A stretch of 64,000 nt of DNA from Phoronis australis (lineage: Eukaryota; Animalia; Phoronida): the NCBI GenBank assembly GCA_002633005.1, contig NMRA01000463.1:252161-316160 (forward strand). Direction: 5' to 3'. Of the stretch, positions 1 through 14,700 are shown one piece after another. The translations under genes and the position numbers were made by a program. The stretch's first letter is position 1, and each line of letters begins with the position of its first letter. Below the pieces are notes generated by a model that did not search any database, had not been told where the DNA came from, and was given only the letters and a program-made list of their open reading frames with translations.

Positions 1-2102
1 TGAACATTGCGAACCAGTCAGCGGAACTACTGCTAAAATTTAGCTAGTCTGTATCTTCAACGACTTTCGTGGCAGTTGTATTCTAGGTGATTTCGTTAAT
101 TTTAGCAGGTATTTGCCACGTGCTTCTTCTCCCCGTACAAATACACATATCCGCTAGAAAGAGCCGACTTAACTATCGCCTCGGCAAATAGACTTTGTGT
201 TAGCGTACTTCAATTGCTTAAATATTTTTGCCGTTCTGGACGGGTGGAGATAAAAAAAAAATAATCCTGGAAACCAAAATACTGGTGTTGAGGTCTGTTT
301 ACTTATTGTACGAAAATCTAACCCGTGGATTTAAACAAAATAGTAGAACAAACAGAGTGTTACCCCGATCAGAAGACTGAGACTGAACGAAAACTACATG
401 TAATGTCGGTAAACTAAACAAGCTCAGGCGAACTCTCGTCACACCTAAGAGAATATTTTACTGAGGCAGCCATATTTGTTCCGGTGGCCGATTTACTCCG
501 CTAGCCTAAATTTATAACTGTTCACTAATACCCTCTTCTAAGGTCAGAAATTTTGATACCGCGGTAAGGTTAGCCCGGTATATTACCGTTCTCCACGTTA
601 GTTAAGAAGCTTGCGGTCAGTAAAAAAAACGTTAGGTCACGGGAATAAGGGCTCTATCGAAAGCACCTCAAGGAAGTAATGACATTATATTAATAGTCAT
701 CCTGATCTCAGGTAAAATCAGCAGGCGGCAGTTAAGGCTATTCCGTTTAAATATTGATGGAAATGCATAATTGGAGTCAGGTGTTGTTCAATCGTTTCAC
801 CTCTGCCATAGAAAACTGCGACGAATAAACAGACAAACGTTGGTATTATGCTCCATGAGGACTCGGCGATGAAAGACAGATTTGACTTTAAAACAGGTAA
901 AAGGTGAAAGTACGGGACTGCCATGGATGGATGCCATCGATATGAGAGTATTGAGGAAACTTGTTTTCAGATAGAATCTTTCAGTTTTTGCTGAGCTCTG
1001 CACGCTTCTTTACCTTCGTTCATGAGGGTAAATCTCACTGACGTGAAATCTATTGCCCTGCTGCATGTCGGAAACCAGTCATAGTTGTTAGGTACACGCC
1101 TATAAGTTTCTTTTTTGTTTAAGAATATGTGTCGCTGCGACGGCGTGTGTCCGCCATAGCACGAGCCAAATTATGTTCGCTTGAATTCGCGGTTTTTCGA
1201 GGACAACATTTGTCTGCAAGAACCTGCGTTCTCCCTTTTTCTAAGGGAGACGTTTTGTACTTATTGTTTCTCTTATGCACTATCGGCCATCTTCAATATA
1301 ATAGTTAATTTTGAGTCTTTCGACACTCGTATGATTGTTGTAGTTATCATTCCTGACTAGAGGTTTCCAACTTTTACAACGGCCGCCACCTGTGATCGGC
1401 CTACTTGCAAATGAACAAATCTGAAAAATTTCTGAATGCATGGATAAAAGTAATAACAGCCCAATCGGCAAAAGTAACACATTTTTGTAATCGCCATGAC
1501 GAAACAATTCAGAAAAGAGTAAAATCAAGTATGTAAGTTTATAGAGTAGGTTTGTAAAAAATAATCGGTTGTAGTTCTTTTCATTACGCTTCTTGAATTT
1601 TGTAGATAATTCGGTTAAAAGTATATGCTTCATGGTAACCTAATTCATCAGATTATTTTTTTCGGCTGTTCATATCGTAATATATAACTAATCCACCATA
1701 GTACCAATAGTTGTGAATGACCTCTTGACGTGAGAAAGTAGTACCCTGAAAGTATGAAATCTGCTTTGCAGGACAGTAGGTCATTCAAGTTGCAGTAGAT
1801 TCCGAATATCAGAGATACTAACTTGGTCAATAAAGAGTGACCTAAATGAGCTGAAAATCATCAGCTTTACTGCGATGTGGTTAATTACAGCTGAGGTGCA
1901 AGACACAGGCGGTTATCGGCTCAGGGCGTCCACTCTGCGCCGAGGTGGTATTTCACCGTGGAAATTCTATACCACTCATGATTTTTCACGGCTCATGCAC
2001 ACAATAAAGGCATAAAAGTGTATTTCCTCTCCTATCATGAACGCATTATCTGGGTTTACAGCGGACGATAATTTCAAATCGCTGTGTGCGTTTCTATTAC
2101 AG

Positions 2103-2314
2103 CGTATCTCGAAACGGAAGATCATCACCGACCAAAACAAATTATGGACAGGTGGCATTGTACCGTGGTACTTCGATTCCACGCGGAAATTCGATCACCA
2201 AAAGTCACGTGACACTGTTTGGAACGCCATCTACCACTGGCAAAACATGACGTGTCTACGATTCCCGTACAGGAACACTGACTCAAACTATCTGTTGATA
2301 GGGGGAGGCAAAGG
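2103..2314 (+). CDS. Gene 1 exon: end of propeptide and start of catalytic domain
   Basis: cag|CGT...GG|gtaagt; RISKRKIITDQNKLWTGGIVPWYFD...AIYHWQNMTCLRFPY...YLLIGGGKG; dibasic KR site; phase 0 to 2. Confidence 0.9.
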
Positions 2315-5300
2315 GTAAGTATGAGTTATCAGCTCCATAGATAAAATCTATAGAATGTGTTCTTACAGGTTTCGGACGCAAAATATCTGAATCCGTTAGA
2401 AAATAGATCCTTCTAATGTTAGAATTCGAGTTCTTGTCCCCGAATATTGAAACTTGCAAAAATAACTCGTTTGGATCTTAGAGAACGCTTTTAATTTTAT
2501 GATTAATTTAATAGATGGAAATAATCTATTTTATAGTGTACGACCATTTTGCTGCTAAACTTTGAGGAAGTGGACACAATTCACACACACACGAAATTTG
2601 ATTGAAGTTGGCACTCCAGTCCTAGAGTTCTATGGTTTGAGAATTATACAGATTCAGTCGAAAATCATCTGATGACTTGAATTCAACTGATTAGCGTTAC
2701 CAAAATGAACATTCTGAGACGCTTGTTTTACTATGGAAATTTGAAATAATGACCCAAATATGTATTTTCAATACAAGGGTTTAAAGGAAAATTTACTGCA
2801 ATGAGCGAATACACACGGCCAACCTATTTTGGGTGAATGAATAGGGTGTAGGAATAGGCTTATATAGCGCAAATAACAATCTTAACGTGTTATTTTACCG
2901 GCTTGCGATTTTGTGTTTTTCCCCTGTTTAATAAATTAGTGACTTGGCGCCCAAATACCCAACGTTGTAGTGGGTGGCACGTTGTGCGTGATTCAAAACA
3001 TAATTCTTGCGATGTTTCACTCATTTCGTGTTCCTAAATTGATTGATTTTATAACTTTATGATGATATGCTAGATTTGACAGCAACAAGAACAGTGGTGG
3101 GAAGTCAAAAGCATTCATTTATTCAAGATTTTTTAAGCGCTTCATTTGTTGCCTATCGGCGTGTAACTATTGGTCCATTAAGATGGGTACGCATTGGTCA
3201 TTGCATTTACGTGCGTGTTTATTTGGGATATATCAATAAATATTTCTCACTCCTTCCCTATCCCGAGGGTATGTTTCTGGGAGGTTAATTTTCACCGAAA
3301 TATTTTTTCAACGTAATAGCTAAACCATTTTACGTTTAGATGTAGCTCATTCCTCGGACGCATAGATCGGCCACAAGAGATAACATTGAACGAAGAAGGC
3401 TGTGTTTACGTGAGTACGCTGTACAGATTTTTATCATCAACAAGAAAGATAGCAAACGTATTTTTTTAAGTCTAGTTTGCCTGTGTTTAGGTGAGTTCTG
3501 TGTTCCAACTTTTCATCATTAACGAATACTATCGAAAACACTTTTAAATCTTGTATGCCCGCCACCTGCTGGCCAAACTTTCATACTGTCATGTATGCTA
3601 ACAGATAGAAATTCCACGTGTTCGTTTGCACATATTGACTCAAAACAATAAGCATCCCTCAAAGACATGCGACATCGTGCTCTTTTGACACAGCAAAATA
3701 TAACCCCAGAGGCATTATTCAAAACTGTTTCCTTGTTGCTTAAGTTTGGGATAGCCACAGGAAACAGCTGATAAAGAATTGCCCAAATCTATTCGTTTAT
3801 AAAGAGGTGATTCCTACTATCCATCATCACATAACATAGTCGTTTCAAGATAATGTACAACAGTAGGTTGTTAAAGAATAGTTACATACTTTTCATAGGT
3901 TTAGGGGGGACATCCCCGCTTGACTGCCGCAAGCCAAAGTCGAACAGCAACAGCGTAAAGCAAGAGGGAATTTTGCGTAACCTATACCGGTATCGGAGAA
4001 GGGGGGCTCAGAATTATCGAAGGTCACAAACCCGTCCACTAAAACTTTTGGTCCACTGCTGCAAACACAATCATGCTTTGCCCAATTCCCCGAGACAACA
4101 TCTTCGAATGTTGCTCCCCCCTTATGATATCCTAGATCCGCCAGTGACTGATTTCGCATGAAATTCCAGAAAGGAATCATAGTGCACGAAATAGGACACG
4201 CCATTGGGTTCCACCACGAGCAATCGAGAAGCGACAGGGACAACTTCGTAGAAATTCTTTGGGAGAACCTTTATCATGAAGGAAACTTTGAAAAGAAGAC
4301 AACTTCGGTTGCCGTTGAGTACGACCTTGAAAGCGTCATGCACTACGGTTTAAAGGTGAGCGAAATAGCCATAGCTATACATATACCTGGATATGAACAG
4401 GAATATATACATGTAATTGAACGGCAGATTTTTTCCGCACACTTCAGTTTTAGGAATAGCTTTTCGTATTTCCGGGCAACACGTCTAGTCCCGCTGCATA
4501 ATCGCTTCTGCAGTTGCTTTTTTGATCAAATCAGTAATGCTAAGTGAAGGTATTTGCGGATAACTGCGAAGTCCATATTTACACTTAGAATAGTTGTTTT
4601 TTAGTTTGATGTAAATTCTCTAGGCATTCTCAAGAAACGGTCAGCCGAGCATCAAAGTAAAACGACATGAGTTGTCCTTTTTGGCCGGTAGCCGTCACGG
4701 TCTGACGTTCTACGACGCAAAACTGGCCAATATCATGTACAATTGCGCAGGTATGTACATTTGCTTGAAATATTACAGCGTGCATCAAAATAAATAAATG
4801 ATTCATTAATGAAAGACCAAGGCTCATTGGTGACATCGATGTTTGTAAGCGTATAATGTAAACACGGCACGTGAAGCCGTGGGGTGGTTGGGAAAATCAA
4901 TTTAATGAAAACTGAATATTTAGACAACACTTGTAGTAGACGTTAAATATTGTCTTGGATAATCTAGTACGTGCGTTTTCTAAGGTAATACCATTCCAAG
5001 TATTGTTGAGTGTAAATGTATTAAATTCCCTACGAAATATTTGACGGTCCTACCGTTCTAGATGGATGCACCAACACGTGTCATAACCATGGCTACGCTT
5101 TCAAGACTCCTGGCGGCCAATGCGTGTGTAAATGCCCTGCGTTCTTGACTGGTGACTGTAACACGGTGGATGGACTCACAACAGGTATTTCCAACATGCC
5201 TCTTTCACAGATATAGAAAATATGTCTTACGGTTAGTGCTAGCGCTGCAATTGCGGTGCTGAAATAGTGCATGTACCTGTACCATGAAAGTGGGGGATGC

Positions 5301-8300
5301 CAAATTTGTGACCGAGTTACTAGTACGGCAGCTGTTAGATGGTAAGAACACCTAAACTGGAACAGCAAAGTTTGCGCACACGGCGGAAATCCCAAAGACT
5401 CTCCATGCCATGCGTCGGAAGCTTATGGGAAATCATGCTTCATAGCTGGCTAAAACAAAGTCACGTTACTACAAGTAGGCCTACTGAGCATATAGGCCGC
5501 AGTTCAATGTCGTCTGTGTTTTTGCATCCTTTCACCTAGAACGACCACCTCAAAGAAATTGCTAAAGAAATCTGTTTGTCCAGGTACTAGACAAGCGTTC
5601 TTACCGGCAGCGTTTCTAACACCATCGAAGTATGGGGGATGAGTTTTAGTGCGTTAATTATTGGCCCTCCGCAGAGGTCGCCCTGGGTGTGAATAAACAA
5701 GCCGCTTATGCTGTAGTGTAATCAAAACAAAGAGTTCAGTTTACGATTTCGTGTGTGTCAAAGCTACACGTATTCATGTGTTTGTCCAGCATTCATTAAA
5801 AGGAGAGTGAAAATGGACATTGACTGGAGTCAGCTGGATAAGTTTTGGTTTCTAGAGTGATGTTTTCTAGTTAATGAGTACCTGCAATTTGAATTTCCAT
5901 TCAATTAGTTCTTTTTAAATATATATCAGCAGTGCGATTTCAAGGTTCCTTTACAAAAACACCTCGTGACCCAGAGGACCTCAAAAGTATTGGTCAATTT
6001 TAGAACACTTGAACATTTATGTCATCTATTTGTGTCTTCCTCATATGCCATTTTGCGAGTTTTCTCGCATAATTTCGCTTGCTTGTATTTGTCCCCTCCA
6101 CTGTTGCATACATGTAGCACTACGTGTTCCCTTCACTCCCTTGCTTCTAAAAATCAAACTATTGTTATATTTGTTTCTATGTCTTCCACACACAGTATCA
6201 CACTGCTAGACTGGTGACAAGGCAGCGATGACGTACATGTAACTTTAAGTTACACTACAAGAAAAAAGAGGACATTAAAATCGCAAGGCACCAAGACAAT
6301 TAAAATGCTCGAACAAATTATTTAGGTTACAGTGACAAACTGATTCCTAGTTATTTTGTCTGACGCATGCGCGTGCTCATTTCGAATTCACCGTCAAAGC
6401 CTTCTCCGATATAATCTAGTTACGTGTACTCAACTTTATGACGGTTCTAATTTTCTCATTTGATGCAACCAACAAAATATTACAGAAACACCTTCGTAAA
6501 CAGCAGTTCAAGATTGCACCAAGAACATTTAATCCTGGACTAATAAAATTCGCAATCCAAACGTGTTTATCGCAAAACAACCGTCTCAGCAACTTCCATT
6601 GAGTTTAGTAGGCACCCGAATTTTGTCTAACGTGCTAAGAAGCTTGCTTTGGACTTCTTCGACTTGTTCGTGTGTATGGTGCTTCTAGAAGAATTTTCCA
6701 GACCAAAATCGCACTAGATATCCTTAGATTCGAGGTACACGGATCGAAAATCATGAACTGTTTCAGTGAATAACACGTAAGAATTCCGGTCTGTGGCCTG
6801 TTCATTTAGCCTAAGATCCACAAATCTGTAGACTTGAACTCACACAAAATGTTTTACTGAATTACATGTACTTACAATGTAGCCTGTGCAATGTTTGTGT
6901 TTGTACACATCTATCCGTTATTGGGCCTCGTGACCATGTGCTTACTAAAATCTAGCAAGGAAGAAGTTACTGTGATGGCAAAACCTTACTACGACTTATA
7001 TAATCAATTTTTATACAAATGTCCAAGGAGGAACCATGTACAGGTAAATTGTAAGGGTAGGATGATGGTCGTCCGACAGTTGGAGTTTGCTAAGATGGAC
7101 ACAAATGTTAAAAGCCCGTTGAATTAAGACCAGCAGCTTGGCCTGCTTGGTCTACTATGTGATACTTTTATGACACCTCATTTCATAACAATATGCGTCT
7201 GTTACTGCTCGCAAATTTAATATGTTTTTTGTCTTTAATTTTCACCTACACCACGTCCAAGCTCTGGGATCATGAAACTCTTGTATTGATAGTCGGGCTT
7301 CTTGCAAATTTGCAAACAATGTAAAATTAATTCCAAGCAAAGTTTCAGGGAAAAGTGCATCAATACTATTAGCCATTTCTGACACGCCAAATGTGGGCAT
7401 TTTCTAGGGTCCCACATCACATAAATTTGAATGTACGCCGCCTTATTTTCGAAACTCGATTCCACCATCCTTTAAACTATTGTCATGTTTAGACTTCGTA
7501 AACATCTACTATAGCAATGCATTTCGCGCTCATATGGTGTGTCATTTATTTAGCAAGCAACTCCTCATTCATTCACTTCGTTGTAACAGATTACCCTTCC
7601 TGTGGAGGAGTCTACAAGCTGAGTGCCACGAACCCTACAGTGACCATACAGAGTCCAAACTATCCAAACAACTATTATGTGGGAACATTGTGTGTGTACG
7701 TCTTCAAGGTAAAACTGCCTCCCGTTCAGTAACACTAGGACCTCGCTAAAAAGCAAGACTTCGCGAGATTACGTGAGATATTACCGTGCATTTTAAATAA
7801 GAACACGTGACTTTGACTACGTTTTAGCTAGGTCGTAGAGTAGGTCCTAGCGTCTACTGAACGCACGCCTGGTTACGATCTGAGTGAGGTTGCAGGTTGC
7901 AGTGTGTTGTGCGAAATGGTTCGCTTACATCAGAATACTTCTACGTTAAATTTGCAAACAGAAAAAATGCCCAACAAGTCGCCGCTCCGGCAGGCTTATA
8001 TAGTCAGCCGGCAAATCAACAGTTTTAGGTTTGCTGACAGAGTCATGTTGTAAACATGTAACCATTCTCAAATGATCGATGTGAACCCTTTGTTGAAAAT
8101 TTGGGCTAGCGCTAAACTGAAATATTTACCGTTGCCAAGGTAACTGGATTACTTGGGAGCAAGAATCAGCCGTTTTCGGTTATGAGGGCTGTTGTGTATC
8201 TTACTTTGTCAAATAAAGTAGACACTCAATGAAGTACGCAGTGAAACGAACAGAATTGAACTGAACACTGAACTGTTTTATTCCAGATATCACAACAATA

Positions 8301-11300
8301 TATATACACACAACTACATAACAACTTATGATGCGTCACCTATGACACACTTACTATACTAGGAATCGCATGACATAATAGCAATTAAACTAATGATCCT
8401 AAACTAAACAATAACAACGTACAAACATCCTGTTATGGTGTGACTATGTACACAACAAGGGCAAAGTTTGGTTTGAAGCAGGCAATGTTTTCACTTTTAT
8501 GCTGTATGCAGTTTGCATTGCCAAATATCTCTGAGTGAACGTCCAAATGCCTAACAACATGTGTAATGTAACTACGACTCCAATCTCACCTAGTGACGGG
8601 GATCTTCAGCGTAAGCCATTAAGTTAACAAACATACACAGGCAAACGTTATGGTCAGCGTGAAACACTTCCTGAGAAGGTAGCGGCAGTATCGGCATGTG
8701 ATCCACGGTTAATGACCGGTGCTGAGGAACTTGTATCCTAGGTGACGGTCCTGGGATAGCAGCACTGCCGGAAGTATCGGCGTTTTTTCGTTAGTGTTGG
8801 CGCAGATTAGTTGATTGTCAGCTGATTCAAACACATACGGTCTAATGTTCATCTATTTGCACGCTGCTGCTCCCTTCCAGCCATTTCCCATGTTATCCAG
8901 ATCCTGCACGTGCGTTCTCATATCTCCTAGGGTCGCAGGGCTTGAGTTTTTCGCGTTTGCCTAATAGCCCAGCACAATTTACCGATTTTTCTCAGATAGC
9001 TTCTCTCTAGACTGTTTCTGTGTAGCCTACGTTAACGCGTTGGACGATTTGGGTTTTGCGTTGTAAAAGCCTTTCCTTGGGGCTTCTAGGCATGCCAACG
9101 CTAACAGCCTTTCTTTACTCCTGCAAAGCAGATTGCAGTTCGGAAGACTTTTTGAGGAGTCGATACCCACTATTTTCACAGCTGACTCAGCCTGTCCATT
9201 ACAGTGCAATTATTGGGCAGAGCTCATATAATGACCAAATTGTCTGTAGTTGCCGAATGCCTTGGACTCACACGAACAAGAGCTGTGGCCCGTTGTCAGA
9301 CGTGACCGCCCTAGGAATTCCCGACGGTGCAAACGATTTTTTGCAGACGCCAGACTGCAAAGACAGACTCCAACGCCAGGTAGAATAATTGCTCATATTC
9401 AAAGTAGACCGAGCGTTAGTCTGGCACGACAAATAAACACACGACTTTTCAGCCGGGGGCAGAATACCAGTTTCTAACTTCATGTACCGGTCTTCCGATA
9501 TCAACTGAATTTCGACCTGCCTTTAGTGGTTGCAGGCGCTTCTCGTAGGCACTGACTGCCTCGGGACAGATGTCTCTGCCCTTTATAATCAAAGCCATGG
9601 GCGACCGTCAGCTCATCGCTAATAGCAAAGATACTATATACCAATATGGCCGTCCCAGTCTTGACGAATTTACATGTAGGTCACTGCCCGACATCTTTGG
9701 TAACTATAAAATCTTTACTAATAGTGCAGTATTTCCGTACAGTGTCGGTAACATTGCAATACGAGCAGTCCAGGCGATCTGGATTTAATATTTTGAAGCC
9801 ATTGAAGTCTTACAATTGGTTTGTCCTGAAATTTATTTCACGGGCAAAGTTGCGACTGAAATTAAGTGTCTTCGGTTTTCAAACCTTTTTAACTTACTTC
9901 CAGTTAAATACTATTTGATTCTAATGTTTCAAACCCTGTTTGCTGATTCGAAACCATTTTTGTCTCATATAATTTGTTCTTGGTCGTGACATCATATGCA
10001 ATATCATCCATACTTGTTAAATGTCGTTTGATGTACACATGTACAATGTATGTACGGTTTTACTTTTCATTCAACAGTTGCGTTTGTTCCTCGTCTCTAC
10101 ATTTTTACATGTATATGAGCTGTTAAGTTATGGAGTAAAAACTGTGTCTAAAAGTGCGTTCAAGTTCTCTCGGTTTAAGCAGTTATGTTTCGGTCACTTT
10201 TGTCATAAGAAATAGGAAACAAATAGCCAAAATAGGTTTCATGGTTGATAAAGGTGCCTTCATTGTGTCTTAGTAAGTCCTTGACCATTGGACGAAATTA
10301 ACCTATATGTACGAGTCGTGATGACAGACATACGACTGCTTGGACGCTTTACAGTTTTCTGGATTTATACTTTAACCGAGCTTGGTAACTGATGTCGTTT
10401 GGATTTTGTGTGGTTAACACATCTCGCTATGACGCAAAATTTGCACCCGATTGGAAATAAGTGATCTCCACACAAAAATTTATTTGCCTTCTCGGTTTCT
10501 TCCGTCCAGCTATATTTTCCAGGCAGTATGTTTATTTTTCTACGGCCGTTTTTTTGTTTAAACCTGATGAGTCCTCATGGACGTGCCGTAGATTATGAGT
10601 TGTATTATTATTCCAAACCATTTTTAGAATATTGTGTTTTCACTGACTTATGGGGTACGTTGCTTTTGGTGTCGTGTAATCAATTTCTCATACAAGTCAA
10701 ATTAATTTTGTGACTATTTGGAATAGGAAAAAGATGGCACAAACCTGGTAAAGTGGGTTGAAAAGCATATCTATGGACACAGTGGTGCGCATTTTTTAAA
10801 TTGTTGCTCTGTATGCACGTTTGCCTGTTTGGTGTACAACTTCTTATAGTTTGAGGGACATTTGTCCTACCGGTAAGTGGTATCATAGCGATGTGTCAAG
10901 TTAGAGCAGTTTTCTAACTAATAACATAAGTGATCGTTTACTTAAATTTAAAGAACGTTTAAATATGGACCCAAAACCGTGTTCAGCTGACAAATTTGTT
11001 CAAACACAACTTATTACTGACGAAGTTTTAATCAGCAGAATGTACCATCATAGGCACCCGCAGGCACCGCAAATGGTGTGAAGCTTACCTTCTCCGACTT
11101 TGACGTGACTGGCTCACCCAACAATTGTGATCACTTCGTACAGATCAACGCAAATCTCATTGGACAGAAAGGAGTTAAGTGAGTAGAGGACTTCCAAAAT
11201 CGAATTTTGAAAAAAATCAATTCACAAATATGCCCTATTTTAAATATTGTCTGTGCATAAACCATTGTCTCATTCCTGATGCCGTTACGTGATCAATTTT

Positions 11301-11739
11301 CCGTTTACGCAACTCACGATTGAATTGTGATGTAACTCGAGAATGGGCTTTCATGCAAAATGGACCAAACCACGTCTACGGCAAGTTTATTGTCAAACGT
11401 AAGACACATCGGTCTTAAAATACAGCGATAAACAGTAAACAAACTATACTTTGCTGTATTAGGTATTACAACTTCTAAAAACAAGCTGTTTTGATTTCGG
11501 TTGATACATACCTGCTGTAATTCTGATCCGCGAGGTTCATCCGTATATTCCTGTTGCAACACTTACTTAGTGGCACATTATGTGTCAAAATTGCCGTTTA
11601 GACAAGACACCGGAAGCTCCACCATGATCTATGTGACATAACAGTCAGTAGGAGTTCCGGTCCCTTCCAGGGTGTACAGGCCGGCTGCGACGGATTATTA
11701 AAGGGTATATGGGTCAAATGTTTGAAACATATTATATTA

Positions 11740-11790
<51 letters not shown>

Positions 11791-14700
11791 AGGACCTTAC
11801 TGAGGATCATTAGCTCGAAGTTAATTAACATAAAGTTAGGATGAGTACACTAGTAAGTGTTTACCTTCTGAAAGAACAGAGATCATAACTTTTAAAGCGG
11901 GTGTAATTTGAGGGGACTTTTCGAAGATAACCTTGATATCATTTACTTAAGGACGAAAAATGTTTCATAATGTATAAAGTCCAAGTTTTCTCCAACTTCC
12001 TATGTATTCATAAGGTCATCCCTGATGGAAAAAGGGAAACAGCAATGTTTCTTACCGATTGTGAGCTAATTTTTTCTCAACATCGTGCAAATTCCATTGA
12101 AGGACAACCAGGCGACTGGTAACACCTTTTCACACACAACTGCTTGGTTGAAGACACATACAGAGCTTTTTTAAAAGCTTAATTTACATACTCGGTCATA
12201 GTCTCTCCTATCTTCAGGCGTGCAGCTAAGTAGCAAAACACTGAGAGACAAACACGTTCAAACAGAAGCCATATTCCGAGACTAAATGTCTCATCACCAA
12301 GGCGATGAGTGAAATGAACATACAATGTAGACAAAATGAAATAAACAGTGAAAGCATGGCTGACAGGAGGTAGGCCTAGATGGGCATACAAGCATAGGGT
12401 GTTTAAGTATCAAACGGTAGGAAGCCCACAAGCTTTACGGAACAGAACCCATGATGTCTTCCCAGCGCAGTTGTTTGTCCCGTATGACAACAAGCAGGCC
12501 AATTATCTCACAGGCTTCAAAGGGTTACTGAAACCTGGCAGAATGGATTGTCTTAACTTCTGATGTAGTTAGGCAATTTCGGTGATTCAAATACTAAACA
12601 TGATCAGCATTTGACAAGGAATTCAGAAATGCTATTGGTTTATGTTATAACTGAACTTTCATTTTTAGCAGCACAGCCCAGTCAGGGTATAGTTACGATC
12701 TGATCGGAGATTACTACATCAATTATCAAATAAGAGAGAGCTGGCCATCCACCAATAAATGCCAGAATGGAGTTAATAATTCTTGTAAGATATTGGCTAC
12801 AGGGGTGATCTTCCCAACTTGTTGTTGGGCTACAGAACAGAACAAAATGGGAGCAACGGGAAAACGCCGTGATGCAGCGTGCCGAACCCACCTGTGAGCT
12901 GTTCAGCACATTTTTTTTTTCTTGGTATATCAATAGGGATTCCAAAATCGTGTGACCTATCTTGTGAGATATCAGGTGGTCACCGTTTATTTTATTGTTT
13001 GTTTCTCTTCAGATATGTTCATTTCACTCATTGACTGAAGGAGACACGTGGTCTCTAAATTTAGGTTGTGTTTATCGTGTTTTTGTCTGTTATGTCCCGG
13101 TGTTTTGTTACAAGCTAGGGGCCTGAAGACAGGAAATTATTTAGAGATTAGAGACTACGAGAAAATAATTATTAGGCAGTCAAAAGAAACGCACTGTATT
13201 GTCTTCAACGAAGTGGTTATGCAGGGCTGCCATCGAACTATGCCGATTTCTCAACACTGTTCGTAAGTTCATTTACTGAGCACAAGAGACTTGGAAATTT
13301 TTCAAAAATGGCATGCAAAATGGATAAGCTACTTTCTACCTTTTTGCCATTTCCTTTTAATACAATCATAAAACTGTTACCACATCAATATCAAACTAAC
13401 AGGCATGTACTTATTAGAGTACCACAGTCTTTGACGGTGTGTACGTTACTTTAACATTTGTCTGATTTTGAATTGAGTAAGAGATACATGTATGGGCCAC
13501 TACTGGAATTTGCATTGACAACGAAAAATAGTTAGTTAAAAACAGCATAACCTGGGCCTGAAGAAGTGAGAAATTTAGAACGTGAATATTACCGTAACAA
13601 CTATTTTAACATTTAATGACAGACTGCTGCATCTACAAAGCAGGTTAAGGAGTCATTTAATACAAGTACCACCAGACTAACACACTAACATGAACATTCT
13701 GTACAGGTGAACAAGTGGTGGGCTTGGAATTCCATAAAAAAACAAACCAACCGGTCTTGGATTCAATGCCACCTATCGCACCACCGGTAAAACCCAAACC
13801 TGTTAACAATTGAGAGGTTTGTAATTCCAAGTGGAATAGGTTTCCATTTCCTTTCTTAGTCAATGTGCCGTGTTTGAGTCCCACTGGGATGCATTTTTAG
13901 GCCCTTGAGTCAGGTCCGTAGCTCCTCATCTAAAATTTAACTCTATATTAATAAAACATATACATGGTTTGAGGTGACCAGTGCAATGGGCACACCTGAG
14001 CCGCTTGCGCACCTCTGGTATAGCGTGTGCCAGACCGCCTGCAATTATTATTTTTTTTTTAATTTGTAGTCAAAATTTGAACAAAGGGACCAGAAAAATG
14101 TTCTGGTCTAATCGGTAGCACATGACCTGGCTTTAAAAACTAGTTGATAATCTACGAATTCGCACACCCTAAAAAGGAAAATCTCAATTCATTCCAGGTA
14201 GAGAATCAGAAATAACTTAGCGCAAAGCAATGTAAATGTCTCAACACCAAACGCTAATGAGGATCACCAACTCTGGAAGTTGTTTAAACTGTTATTAAGC
14301 TATATTACGAAGTTAGTTTATCCTCAGTTCTATGTTATAATAAATATTAGATGAAAAAGTATAGTTAATTGTAGTAGCTGTTGTCTGCAATTTGTAATTC
14401 GGATTCCATTCGGTCCTAAAGAATTAGCGTCTAGACGCAGCAACATCAATTGTCCAGCTTCTCGGTACTAAATTACATTTTTAAACATACTATACCTTTT
14501 GGTGCAATACTTTAAATATAGGGGGATATTACCCCAACTATATCAGGGGACCACTATCCTTTTCTGTGAAATTTGCTGAGTAAATCTAAAAATCAATTAT
14601 AAAACGGTAACAGCATTTCAAATAAACGTTTACAAGTTTCTCGGTACTATATGTACATGTAAGTGGAATCCAACGCTATTTGATCACTTGAGAATTAATG

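Noticed and set aside
812-896. Possible gene 1 propeptide exon (KTATNKQTNVGIMLHEDSAMKDRFDFKT)
   Set aside because: AG/GT bounded but no GDI-type propeptide motif and no phase-consistent link to the exon at 2103
12348-12563. ORF with ...YDNKQANYLTGFKG resembling a CUB C-terminus
   Set aside because: No Cys at the expected position and poor splice sites; 13013-13064 plus 13707-13786 fit the CUB pattern better
13707-13786. Direct splice from 11178 giving an in-frame TGA (possible selenocysteine or readthrough)
   Set aside because: That frame also has a TAA and yields a CUB domain that is too short; a 1-bp frameshift explains it more simply
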